From NCBI RefSeq assembly GCF_006345805.1, contig NC_043015.1:32550001-32614000 (forward strand): a stretch of DNA of 64,000 bases, given 5' to 3'. A program made the position numbers and the translations under genes. How positions within the stretch are numbered: the stretch's first letter is position 1; the number at the start of each line of letters is the position of its first letter. The DNA is from Octopus sinensis. Lineage: Eukaryota. Under the pieces are notes generated by a model. The model did not search any database and was not told the origin of the DNA. It was given only the letters and a program-made list of their open reading frames with translations. Positions 52,335 to 64,000 of the stretch are shown here, piece after piece.

Positions 52335-53110
52335 TTATTATTTCAGTTTTGTTTCCATTTCTAGTCGAGTGCTTTCCCGACACCTAGAGCAAAGATACTC
52401 ACTGTATACACTGATAGGCCATTAAATTAAACACGCCATATTGTTCATTTTCAAAATCAAAGGAGTTTATGTGAAAGAAAATAATTTAGAAGGGTTGTGA
52501 ACGTTCTCACAACGAACATGCTCAATACATCTAACGTACCAATAAAAACGATATTTTGCATTTCTTACGTGTATGGTAAGTGAGGAATCATTCCCTTTTT
52601 TGGTCATTCCAAGTGCTCCTACAATCATTGGTCTTCTAACCGCCTTCGGACGCCGCATTTTTTCGATTTCAATGAGCAAGTTTCTGACCGTGTCAAATTC
52701 TTTTTCCGAGATATCATGATCACGAGGAATATTCATGTCGATCAATAAATAAACTTTATTGTTTTAGTTTTTCACAGCAATATCCGGTTTAACTTTGACG
52801 GTTCTGTCTTTGTGTACTGGATGTCCCAAAGAATCGTAACATTTTCTCCCTCAGTTACGGCCTCACAGTGGTGCTTATACCAATTGTCAACAGTTTTGAT
52901 TTTATAATGCCGACATATCAACCTCTGTTAATACTCTATAGGTGCTAAACCTTTACTGTCAGAGATTAGTTGGTACACTGTTTCAATCTCATCATTTTAG
53001 AATCGGCACTTTGGTTCTACTCCATTTTTTTTTCATCACATTGACTTGGTAGTTCCGGGCCAATTAGCTTTGTTCTTGAGCTGCTAAGACGAAGTCTTTA
53101 CTCTCTGTCT
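52335..53110 (-). mobile_element. R4/Dong-type RLE retrotransposon 3' fragment (family 4)
   Basis: FVLAAQEQS...KCRF...NWYKHH...VTILWDI...KPDIAVK...LLIDMNIP...IVGALG (frame-broken); its 3'UTR matches 10388-10473. Confidence 0.85.
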
Positions 53111-53113
53111 ATT

Positions 53114-53178
<65 letters not shown>

Positions 53179-53449
53179 TTATCATCATCGCCATCATTAT
53201 CATTATCGTATTTGACTCTTGTAGAGTGAAGATACTGTGTATCTTTTCTCTTCGAAACATGAATTATTTAAGCAGCAGCAAATGAAATTTTGGAGAAGCA
53301 CTTGCAAACAAAGCGGTAAAATTACCTGAAGAGTCTTCCACTAATACCGGTGAGAGACAACAAAAGAAATATCTTGTTTACAAACTTTTAAAATATATTT
53401 TTTTACGAAAAAAATTATTTTTACAGCCAAAATGTTTTCCAAACAAACA

Positions 53450-53622
53450 CAGGCGCAGGAGATGCTGTGTTGTAAGTAGCTTGCTAACCAACCACATGGT
53501 TCCGGGTTCAGTCCCACTGCGTGGCATCTTGGGCAAGTGTCTTCTGCTATAGCCTCGGGCCGACCAATGCCTTGTGAGTGGATTTGGTAGACGGAAACTG
53601 AAAGAAGCCTGTCGTATATATG

Positions 53623-53660
<38 letters not shown>

Positions 53661-53880
53661 TATGTTATGTGTTTGTGTGTCTGTGTTTGTCCCCCTAGCA
53701 TTGCTTGACAACCGATGCTGGTGTGTTTACGTCCCTGTCACTTAGCGGTTCGGCAGAACAGACCGATTGAATAAGTACTGGGCTTACAAAGAATAAGTCC
53801 CGGGGTCGAGTTGCTCGACTAAAGGCGGTGCTCCAGCATGGCCGCAGTCAAATGACTGAAACAAGTAAAAGAGTAAAAAA
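53450..53880 (+). mobile_element. Full-length SINE family C
   Basis: Highly similar to 27806-28238. Confidence 0.92.
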
Positions 53881-53959
53881 AAAAAAGAGTAATAGATAAA
53901 AACAAAAATATCCTAAACATTTAGGCTACTTGCGAAGACGACGACATCAGTGACAACAG

Positions 53960-55230
53960 CAACATCTTGTGTTCCATGGAGACTTACTCATTACTCTTTC
54001 CATTATTTTATCATCCTACATCACCCCGAGATACGCACATATACCTCTCAGTCATCTGACGATATCCTTTTGTGGATTCCCATCAGATTTAATATTCCGA
54101 CCTCTTGTACACCTATTCATCCAAAATCCTTCCCAAATATCCTCAATGAACTATTTTTCACTTAACTTTTAAAATCCTATACCAATGTCATGTTCCAAAA
54201 CTTCTCTGCTTCAGAATTTTTCTGTTCTAAATATCTGACCAAAAGTTCCTGGCTGCTGCAGCATTTAGTATATCATTCTCCGGATAATCATTTTCATCAT
54301 TCGGAGAATAATGGTAACATTTTCTTTCATTGTTTCTGCAGAGGTTTTTTTCTTCTGCTGACACTAATTATTTTTTGTTGGTATATAGTATTTTATTAGA
54401 TTTTGTTTTTATTTCTTATTTATTTTTACTCTGTTTTATCTCTTTTTTAGCAGCCTGTCATCCTCTGTCTGACGCTATGCTTTCTTCCAATCTCTTCCTT
54501 ATGCTCTTGCCTTTACCGTCTTTTTTCCCCCCAATTATAACACTTATTTTTAAAAAAATCCTTTAGAATTGCTTATGTTGATCATCAATTCTCATGTTCA
54601 GCTTTTGGTTTTTCCAATTTTGTTTCTTTTACTCGTCTTTTAACTCCAAGAATTTTTACACCAGCAGAAGTTGCACGTATGAGGTCAGGTGCATATCATT
54701 TCCCTTTCAGTTCCTCTCAAAGCTATTAACCTCATTTCATCCCTATATCGCGCCTTATTTAAACGTTGGAATAATCTCTCTTTTTCTCTTCTGTATATTA
54801 TTCTTTATTCTTTATTCATACTCACTACTACTTCTCTGTTTGTGATTAAATGATCTTTCTGCTATTATTTCTTGTTCAATTTCTTCTTCCTTCTAACCAT
54901 AATATTCACCTGCCACTGGTCTGACGATCTCTTCCAATTCCAGTTCCAACCTAGACACCTGTTGTTTTCTGACTACTTGATTTATTTCATCTGGGATTTA
55001 TTAATTCTGTGACTGAGAATCTATCTCTCTTTATCCAAATCTCAGGCCTTATTATGTTGCATCCTTCAGTAGCAACATTTCATTACACCTTTGCTGTCAT
55101 TTTAAATATCTCACGAAAATATGTCCTAATATCTCAGGAAAATTCGAATTACGACCAAGGTTATTCATTCTTACCATTTTCAATGCAAGAATCTCCCATT
55201 GTTCAATTTGGGAAAACCTTGTCGCATTAG
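53960..55230 (-). mobile_element. Old, deleted R4/Dong-type RT-region remnant
   Basis: Minus strand DIWEGFWMNRC...KSDG and YAYLGVM resemble the RT DIGMEFG..KC and YKYLG motifs; the upstream part is a heavily decayed A-rich coding-like stretch. Confidence 0.5.
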
Positions 55231-55654
55231 GCATACGAGAAATGTAATATGGATCACGGTGAATACGATTGAGTCGAATATTTTCCGAATCTATCTGGAA
55301 AGAAATGAAAATGTATTAATGGCTTTATAGTTTTGAAGAGATGATATTCTAGGGAAAATTGGAAAATCAGGCGTTGTGATGTGATAATAAAGGTACAAGG
55401 GTTACATTTCAAAGTTTTCACAGACGTACTCATTTACAAAATATTATGCCCATTACTACACTTAAATACAGAACTAAATTTCTAAATAACTTTAAAAAAC
55501 ATGTGGCTTTATAGTTCTGAATAGTAGTTTATATATATAAATATATATATATATATAATATATATATGTGTGTGTGTGTGTGTGTGGTGTGTGTGTGTGT
55601 GTGTGTGGTGTGTGTGTGTGTGGTGTTGTGCGTGTGTGCGTGCGTAAATATTAT

Positions 55655-55780
55655 AGGGAGAAGTGAAAAAGTCTTTAACGTTTCGAGCCTACGCTCTTCC
55701 ACAGAAAAGAATACAAAGAAACAAGGGAAGAAAATAAAGAAGGTGTAGTGGTTAACAATCTATCATGGCTAGCCACTATA
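55655..55780 (-). mobile_element. PLE 3'-end repeat with hammerhead-like motif at 55672-55709
   Basis: UUUU-CUGUGGA-A-GAGC-GUAG-GCUC-GAAAC-GUU-AAAG; homologous to 32906-33115. Confidence 0.72.
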
Positions 55781-56169
55781 TATATGCATGTATGTATGTA
55801 TGTAGATACGGATATCACTATATATATATGTATATATTTATATATATATATATATATCTGTGTGTGTGTGTGTGCGCGGTGTGTGCGTGCGTGTTTGTAT
55901 GCATACGTCCATGGATACATACATGCACATACATTTGTGTGTGTGTTTGAAATGTAAGTTTTTATCTGTGTATGTGAGCATGTGTACAAGTATGTGTGTT
56001 GTGGTCACGAATGTTTAGATATATGCACGATAGAATGATTTTCTATTTGTCTTGTGTATAAGTGCTTTTAACCATGTGAGTAATATGAGTCACTCAGGTT
56101 ATATTCTTATAGGTGGATTTTTATGTGGGAGGGCAGCCTGGAAATGTTTCTCATCCTGGCTGTAATTCA

Positions 56170-56920
56170 AATCATCTTTGAGGGTGAATTTATTTTCGTA
56201 TCTGCAGCATGAAATGATCTCATTTCATTTATTTAGAATAAGTGTTTTGAGTGATTATGTCGTAATTTTCTGTGGTTCAAGGCAACAGATTCCGGAGCTA
56301 TGTATGAAAGTTCTCATATATTAATTACCATTTTACTTTTGCAACTATGCTATTATTTATCTAACTCCCATATTTGTTTAGACAAGGACGCTGCATTTCT
56401 TTTTGGCAAGTCCTGGAATGTGTGCGTTGTGTATATTTGCCTTTGAAGATTCACAGTGTCGCCGATGTAACGTTTATCGGTTTTTGCTACAAGTGATATC
56501 GTTCCTTTATAAACTATGTTTGTCTGTAAACAGTTTCCATATAATAATCATGCATTTGCTCTGGTGAAGTTGTATGTGTATGCAGCTATATCTTGCGTGT
56601 TCTTTTGTATATTGTTGTTTAGTTATTGTATGATGTGTTCCATGCTTAGCTGTAAATAACTTCTGTGTTGCGTTTGTTGAATAGTTTATGATATTTATGT
56701 TCGGTTGGAAAGTGCTTGCTGACTAGTATCAGGAAGATGTGTGCTACAATTGTCGCTACACTTCGACTGAAAGGTTTGGTGATGATTATTTTTCAAGAAT
56801 TCGTTTCAATATTCTTTCCTTGTAGTGTCTTATGTATGTATTCGATTTTCTCTTTGAATCCACTTTTCTTGCAGAGCTTCCTTTCAGAAATGGTGCTATT
56901 TTCTGATTAGCAAAAGCAAA
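56170..56920 (-). mobile_element. Penelope-like GIY-YIG endonuclease fragment
   Basis: GNCLQTNIVYKGTISLVAKTDKRYIGDT is an in-frame GIY-YIG (IVY...YIG) with flanking frame-broken PLE linker and C-terminal pieces. Confidence 0.88.
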
Positions 56921-57301
56921 ACTCAAGTCTGTGGACAAATACAACTCATCAGTAAAGCATGAGAATCGAGTAACAAATGTTCTCGCCTGAATATTGGAGT
57001 GGCGTGAAACACGACTTGCAAAATGAACATTCAGCTGAAATAAAATATGTGTGTCACATATACGTATGTATGCATAAATACATATATGCATGCAAGCATA
57101 CATACATACATACATACATGCATGCATGCATACATACATACATAGATACATATGTGTGTATATATATATATAAGTGTGTGTGTGAGAGTATGTGTGTGTG
57201 TAAGTATATGTACATACATATACATACATAACTTTATACATACAATATGCATATATATATATATATACATTCATACATATGTGTGTATATATACATATAT
57301 T

Positions 57302-57536
57302 TTATTCAGGGGCCTTTTGAGCGGGATGAGTCACTCGACCTGAAGAAAATTCTAACTGGGACCCACCTGCAAGGTCATGTGCTGTTTATCTTATATGAGT
57401 TCACTATGTCGCGCACATATCGTTGTGATGCATGTGCCTGGTGTACCCTTATCAGACGGGTAGTCATGATGGGTATACTGGGCTTCGTATATTTTACCCC
57501 AGTGTCACTTTGATGGCATGCACTGCTCTCTCACTC
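57302..57536 (+). mobile_element. ~550-bp TAA-embedded element, copy 3 (3' 235 bp)
   Basis: Aligns to 5625-5858; followed by (AAT/AAC)n. Confidence 0.9.
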
Positions 57537-57608
57537 AATAATAATAATAATAATAACAACAACAATAATAATAATAATAATAGTAATAATAGTAATAATA
57601 ATAATAAT

Positions 57609-57639
<31 letters not shown>

Positions 57640-57859
57640 TAATGATCCTTTGATGGAATTTATTAACACTTAATGTAATGCATTAAATGTTTATAAAGTC
57701 CATCCAAGGATTGTTTTTTTTATATCGATGCATCTCGATGCAACCCACCAAAATTGGTTCACCGGTCAGCATCATTAGTCTGTGTCCGGAATAATGGAAT
57801 AGGAGCTTTATTTGCATATTCAAGACGTTTCCTGTAAACAAATTTAAAACATCTGTCTG

Positions 57860-57953
<94 letters not shown>

Positions 57954-58447
57954 GTGTGGTGTGTGTGTGTGTGTGTGCATATAGATATAGATATACATAC
58001 ATATATACATATAATATATATACATATACATATATATATATACATAAATATATATATATATATACATACATATATACATACGTATATAATTATACATACA
58101 TATATTATATATACATACATATATACATACGTATATAATTATACATATATTATATATATATATAATATAATATATATAATGATATATAGATATATATACA
58201 TATATATATGCATATATATTTATGTATCTATGTATGTATGTATGTATGTATGTATATTTATATACATGATCATGTCAGAATCGAGACAAAAGAAAAAAAA
58301 CACTCTATGCATTATATATCGTTAATATTAGTAGCTGGGGCAGTTACTGACATGACCGGCAATTATCAGAATTTTCATCTCATAGTCAGGAAAACGCCTG
58401 GATAATTTATTAGATCTCCATTATAAAGAACACACACGCACACGCAC

Positions 58448-58499
<52 letters not shown>

Positions 58500-58994
58500 A
58501 CGCGCAATTGCTTCTCTGTATGTTATAATGTATATGTCGACACATACACCTGTGTATCCGTTGATTTATTAGTCACCTTGCCTCTTAAATTCTAATGGTG
58601 ATTTCTAAAAGTGTTTCGATCTCTGTTTCTAATTTCTACCCGAGATACACGCACAAACAAGCAACAATTCCGTTTTGAAACCGAACTTTCAGCCTGTCTG
58701 GTTTCCATAACTACGCAAGTGTATCGCTAACATAAATTCTAAAATGCTAAAATTCTGAACTTTCGAAATTTCACCAAGGACCGTAAGGTTGAAATGCAGA
58801 TGTTAGCGGATTCTTTTTCCCAATCCCTCCCCTCCCCCTCCCGCTCTGCATCCTCCTCCTCCATCTTCTGCTTCTCCTCCTCCTCTTCTTCTTCTTCTTC
58901 TTCTTCTTCTTCTTCTTCTTCTTCTTCTTCTTCTTCTTCTTTTTCTTCTTCTTCTTTTCTCCTCTTCCACATTATTGTCAACATCATCGTCGTT

Positions 58995-59028
<34 letters not shown>

Positions 59029-59069
59029 ACATAATCATCATCATCACCCTCCCCCACATCCTCCTCCTC

Positions 59070-59109
<40 letters not shown>

Positions 59110-59110
<1 letters not shown>

Positions 59111-59841
59111 TTCGTAACACAGTGTAGGTAAAAATGTACCGGAGTCTTTAGTCATCTGTCAAGTCATAACAAGGACCTCAGACATGATCCTTTCCTTAAG
59201 ATGTTCGCTGTGCCCAGTAAAGCTGTTTTTTGCAAGACATCAATCTTGCACGAGATTTCCAGTTGCCTTAAGAAGTCTTGAAGTTTCAACGGGATTGAAC
59301 CCAACTCTCCGATCACCACTGGTATCACTTTTAACTTTACCCTCTCGCATTCCGTAGTCTTGCCATTTCCACTTTTAATTCGGAGTACTTGGTGATTTTT
59401 TTTCAACCTCTTTACCCACAACATTCGTTTCATTTGGTATAGCTACATTAATAATCTGACAGTATTTGTCTCTTATTCAATATGACAATATCCGGCCGAC
59501 GGTGTTCGATTACGCGATCCACGTGAAAATAATAGTCCCAGAGTATCGTTACTTTTTACCATCTTCCTGTATAACTTTACTTTGTACATGCTCATACCAG
59601 TTCTCTGTTACTTCTTACTGGTATTTACGGCACAAGAGCCAATGAAGACACACACACACTTTAACATGGCGGCGTTTGTATTCTTTTTGTGTAAGGCTCT
59701 CACATCCACTTACCAAGTGGGTCACATTTTCCACACTCTTTCCACAGAGTCTGCATTTCTCGGTGTCAAAAGTTTTACAGATGTCATACTTCACTGAATT
59801 GGTATCGAGAGCCTGGTCTTGTGCGGTAATGATCAGGCTTT
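59110..59841 (-). mobile_element. R4/Dong-type family 1, second copy (5'-truncated)
   Basis: Revcomp aligns along its length to ~6218-6940, including KIDVLQKTALLGTANILRKGS and the 3'UTR; 3' end in (TAA)n. Confidence 0.92.
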
Positions 59842-60008
59842 AGGTGGTACGTGCTTAGAACCCTCCTGATAATTCTTGCTGTCCCTAAGAGACAAGTTTT
59901 CTCTATCAGGCATTCTGTTTCAGTCTCCTTAAACCATTTATCTACATCTTTGCTTATTGATCCCAGCAGACCAATTATTACTGGCACAACCGTTATTGTT
60001 CACATGGG
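59842..60008 (-). mobile_element. R4/Dong-type 3' ORF fragment (family 2), fused directly upstream of the family 1 copy
   Basis: VPVIIGLLGSISKDVDKW...EKTCLLGTARIIRRVLST; 5' end abuts (TAA)n. Confidence 0.82.
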
Positions 60009-60095
<87 letters not shown>

Positions 60096-60111
60096 TTTAT
60101 TAGTATTATTA

Positions 60112-60182
<71 letters not shown>

Positions 60183-60280
60183 TATGTTTGACTTTTGCTT
60201 TATGTTGTACTAGTGAATGTCTGATAATAAATTAAAAAAAATATATATAATTATTATTAATATTATTATTATTATTATTA

Positions 60281-60316
<36 letters not shown>

Positions 60317-60402
60317 CATTATCATTATTATTATTATTATTATATTATTATTATTATTATTATTATTATATTATTATCATTATTATTATTATATTATTAT
60401 TA

Positions 60403-60433
<31 letters not shown>

Positions 60434-60977
60434 GAGTGAGAGAGCAGTTCATGCCATCAAAGTGACACTGGGGTAAAATATACGAAGCCCAATATACCCA
60501 TCATGACTACCCGTCTGATAAAGGTACACCAGGCACATGCATCACAACCATATGTGCGCGACATGGTGATCTCATATCAAGATAAACAGCCATGACCTTG
60601 CAGGTGGGGCCCAGTTAGAATTTTCTTCAGGTTGAGTAGCCCATCCCGCTCAACGGTCCCTGAATAAGGGTTGTTTAAGGATGTTGAAGAAACACCCATG
60701 TTTCCAGAGGTGAACTATTGAAACCCCAAGAATCCCTCTCAACACATGGCTATGATGCTCCCCCCTACTTCTGCTCATGATCAGAGATGCACATATCGTC
60801 AGCCACTAGGGACATGCTCAACTGGTTATGGTCAAACAACTGACAAGCAAATCTGTGGTATTGAGCAGAATATTTGCTGTAGCCCATCTTTTATACCAAG
60901 ACAAAACAATGTACATGATAACACTTCCAATCAGTTAAGATCAGAAGCCATGAGACCACTGCCTGGTACTGCATCAG
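60434..60977 (-). mobile_element. ~550-bp TAA-embedded element, copy 4 (full length)
   Basis: Revcomp of 5308-5858 with few small indels; same 5' start (CTGATGCAGTACCAGGC) as copy 1. Confidence 0.92.
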
Positions 60978-61004
60978 TATTATTATTATTATTATTATTA
61001 TTAA

Positions 61005-61060
<56 letters not shown>

Positions 61061-61084
61061 TCATTATCTTATCATTAATTATTA

Positions 61085-61145
<61 letters not shown>

Positions 61146-61929
61146 TATTATTTGACTTTTGCTTTATGTTGTACTATAAATGTCTGATAAATAAATTTTA
61201 AAAATATATATATAATTATTATTAATATTATTATTATATTATTATTTTATTATTAATTATTATTATATTATTATTATTATTATTATTATTATTGTTATTA
61301 TTATTATTATTATTAAATTCAAGACAGCTTAGTCGCTACTTGTTTATTTTTCGAACGCTGCTTATTTTTTAATTTTCATAAGAAAATATTTTGAAAATTA
61401 TTTTCATTCATGAAAACTAAGAGTCTGTGTGTGTTTGTGTGTGTATACGTTTCTGTCTGTGTATGCAAATATATATATATGTGTGTGTGAGTGTGTGTGT
61501 GTGTGCGTGTGCATGAGTGTGTATACATATTTGCATACACACATTCATACATGTATGAATACAAATACGTATATGTAAATATACTTATACACACATATAT
61601 TTCTATGTATATACACAAAAATACTCATACACACATGCATGCTGGAACAGACGCACACGCACTCACACACATGCACTCATACAAGCAAGCACGCACGCAC
61701 AAACATATATGCGTATGTTTATATTTGGCCTTCGTGTAAGTAGGTACGCTACTGAATATTATTATATTTTTATAGAATAAACTCCATAATGTGGTATGTA
61801 TGGAGATTGGTCTTTGATCGTCGCATATAGCAGCATGATTCACATCAATGGCCTCCACGGAGCACACGCTTTAATATTTTATGTAATCTGCAAAATTTTC
61901 AATGCACGCACATACCTACGCATAGACAT

Positions 61930-62425
61930 ATATGCATGTATGTATGTATGTATGTATGTATGTATGTATGTATGTATGTATGTATGTGTGTATGTGTGTA
62001 TGTATGTATTTATGTATGTATGTATAGATGTATGTATGTATGTATGTATTTATGTATGCATGCATGTATGTATTTATGTATGTATGTATGTAAGTATGCA
62101 TGTAAGTATGTATGTAAGTATGTATGTATGTATGTATATATGTAGGTATGTATGTATGTATTATGTATGTATTTAAGTATGTAAGTATGTAAGTATGTAT
62201 GCAAGTAGGTATGTATGTATGTATGTATGTAGGTATGTATGTATGTATGTATGTAAGTATGTATGTATGTACGTACGTACGTACGTACGTATGTATGTAT
62301 GTATGTAAGTATGTATGTATGTATGTATGTATGTATGTATGCATGCCTGTATGTATGTATGTATGTATGTGTGCGTGTATGCGTGTATGTATGTATGTAT
62401 GTATGTAAGTATGTATGTATGTATA
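61930..62425. repeat. (ATGT)n tetranucleotide array
   Basis: Direct reading. Confidence 0.98.
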
Positions 62426-62604
62426 CAGACAGATAGATAGATATAGATGTACAATTATATATCTAGAGTGTGTATATATACCTGTGTGTATATATATATA
62501 TGTGTGTGTGTGAGTGTGTATTTCATTTTTCCTCGTTTACTGGTTTCAGCCATCGGCTGGGGCCAAGCTGGAGCATCGCCTTTCAGAGCGCTTGGTTTTC
62601 CTCT

Positions 62605-62704
62605 NNNNNNNNNNNNNNNNNNNNNNNNNNNNNNNNNNNNNNNNNNNNNNNNNNNNNNNNNNNNNNNNNNNNNNNNNNNNNNNNNNNNNNNNNNNNNNNN
62701 NNNN
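62605..62704. other. Assembly gap (100 N)
   Basis: Exactly 100 Ns, usually a placeholder for a gap of unknown size; adjacency across it is not established. Confidence 0.97.
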
Positions 62705-63814
62705 CCCGAGGCACGAAATCTTAAGTGCTTTGCCCAGAGATGCAACGCAATGGCTACAAAAAGACATGAACTTGTGACATGGTTGGGTCAGAGGGCATGA
62801 CTCCCTCTCATCTTGTCTAAACCACAGTTATATAGGATTAGCTACAAGGAATCATCATTGTCAGGGGGGTGGGGTGGCAGGAGAAGAAAGAGGAAGGATA
62901 GGAATGAATAATAAAACACAGAATAAAGAAAACCGTATATTACTGGTATTTAAATTATTGAATCCTTTCGGGGTGGGAGTGAGAATTGCAATCTGAGAGA
63001 AACAAGCAGGATTTGAACTCAAAACGCCGAAATGCTTCTGTAGATACATTGAATACGATATTTTTGTCCTTTTTTCGAAGGGCTCCCAAATCGAGGAAGT
63101 AAATTACATGGGCGACAATTCTGACCCTGGTTATGAAACCAGTCTTTTGTTGAATGTAGAAGAAATTAAATTAAATTAATATTTTCTAATTTTGGCACAA
63201 GGCCGGCAATTTAAAGTGATGAGGCAAATCCATTACACACCGATCCAATTCTTCATAGCTACTTTAGCTTAACGATCCCTAAAAGATTAAAGACGAAATT
63301 GATCCCGGAGGGGACTGAACTCAGACAGCGAAAATCATACGGAGATTTTATAGGGTTGCTTACAAATGTTTGTTTCTACCGACCCTACCACACGGTTCCT
63401 ATTTTCCCCGTTAAGAGGACAGTGCTGTTTCTGAGTTGAATATCTTGTCTATAGAAAATCACGCAAAGCAGTTGACAGGAAACGAACCACCAAACTCTTG
63501 GTATGATATCCGGTACCCTATCCACTCGGACTTCCGGACTCCAAAGGAAAGAAATTAAGAGTTTCATAATTAGTCAGAAGGTCATAGGACAAACAGAGAT
63601 AAGCGCCCTGCTTAAGGACATAATCCTTACTCTGCAGCGGGACACAAATTCATGTTAGATTACAATCGCAATACTATAATCACTTAACAGTTGTACTTCA
63701 TTAACCCTTCACCCCACTAATTACAACTAATTACAACAATTTACGATAGTTCTTACCTTGTTTCATATAGAGTAAGTGCGACAGTGTATTTCCCATTGAT
63801 ATCAATATTTCGCA

Positions 63815-64000
63815 TAAAAGAAGGCGGCGAACTGGCAGAATTGTTAGTATGCCGGTCAAAATGTTAGCAGTATTTTGTCTGTCAAGGCAGCGAGCTGGCA
63901 GAACCGTTAGCACGCCGGGCGAAATGCTTAGCGGTATTTCGTCTGCTGCTACGTTCTGAGTTCAAATTCCGCCGTGGTCGACTTTGCCTTTCATCCTTTC
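63815..64000 (+). mobile_element. Two tandem SINE family A heads (second runs off the window)
   Basis: AAGGCGGCGAACTGGCAG... and AAGGCAGCGAGCTGGCAGAACCGTTAGCACG...GCCTTTCATCCTTTC. Confidence 0.9.

Overview
AT-rich, repeat-saturated animal genomic DNA. The SINE families and very heavy microsatellite load point to an Octopus-type cephalopod genome (recognition, not a database result). No complete host gene is visible; two candidate minus-strand coding exons (12475-12621, 50382-50498) may belong to one large-intron gene, possibly of the glutamate-receptor/ANF-receptor type. Most ORFs in the supplied track are microsatellite translations. Recognisable content: two decayed mariner elements, Tc1/mariner MITEs, one or two hAT remnants, a Helitron fragment, RTE LINE fragments, three tRNA-derived SINE families, Penelope-like element (PLE) RT and GIY-YIG fragments, and several R4/Dong-type RLE retrotransposon fragments. 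Two systems stand out. (1) Type I hammerhead-ribozyme-like folds on the minus strand: a 354-bp tandem repeat with one fold per unit (retrozyme-like), a 490-bp segment with two folds about 346 nt apart, and PLE 3' ends with minimal folds next to (TA)n/(TG)n tracts. (2) (TAA)n tracts act as orientation-specific landing pads stacked with several RLE retrotransposon families and a young ~550-bp non-coding element. There is also a near-perfect 355-bp palindrome centred on a (TA)n tract and a 100-N assembly gap.
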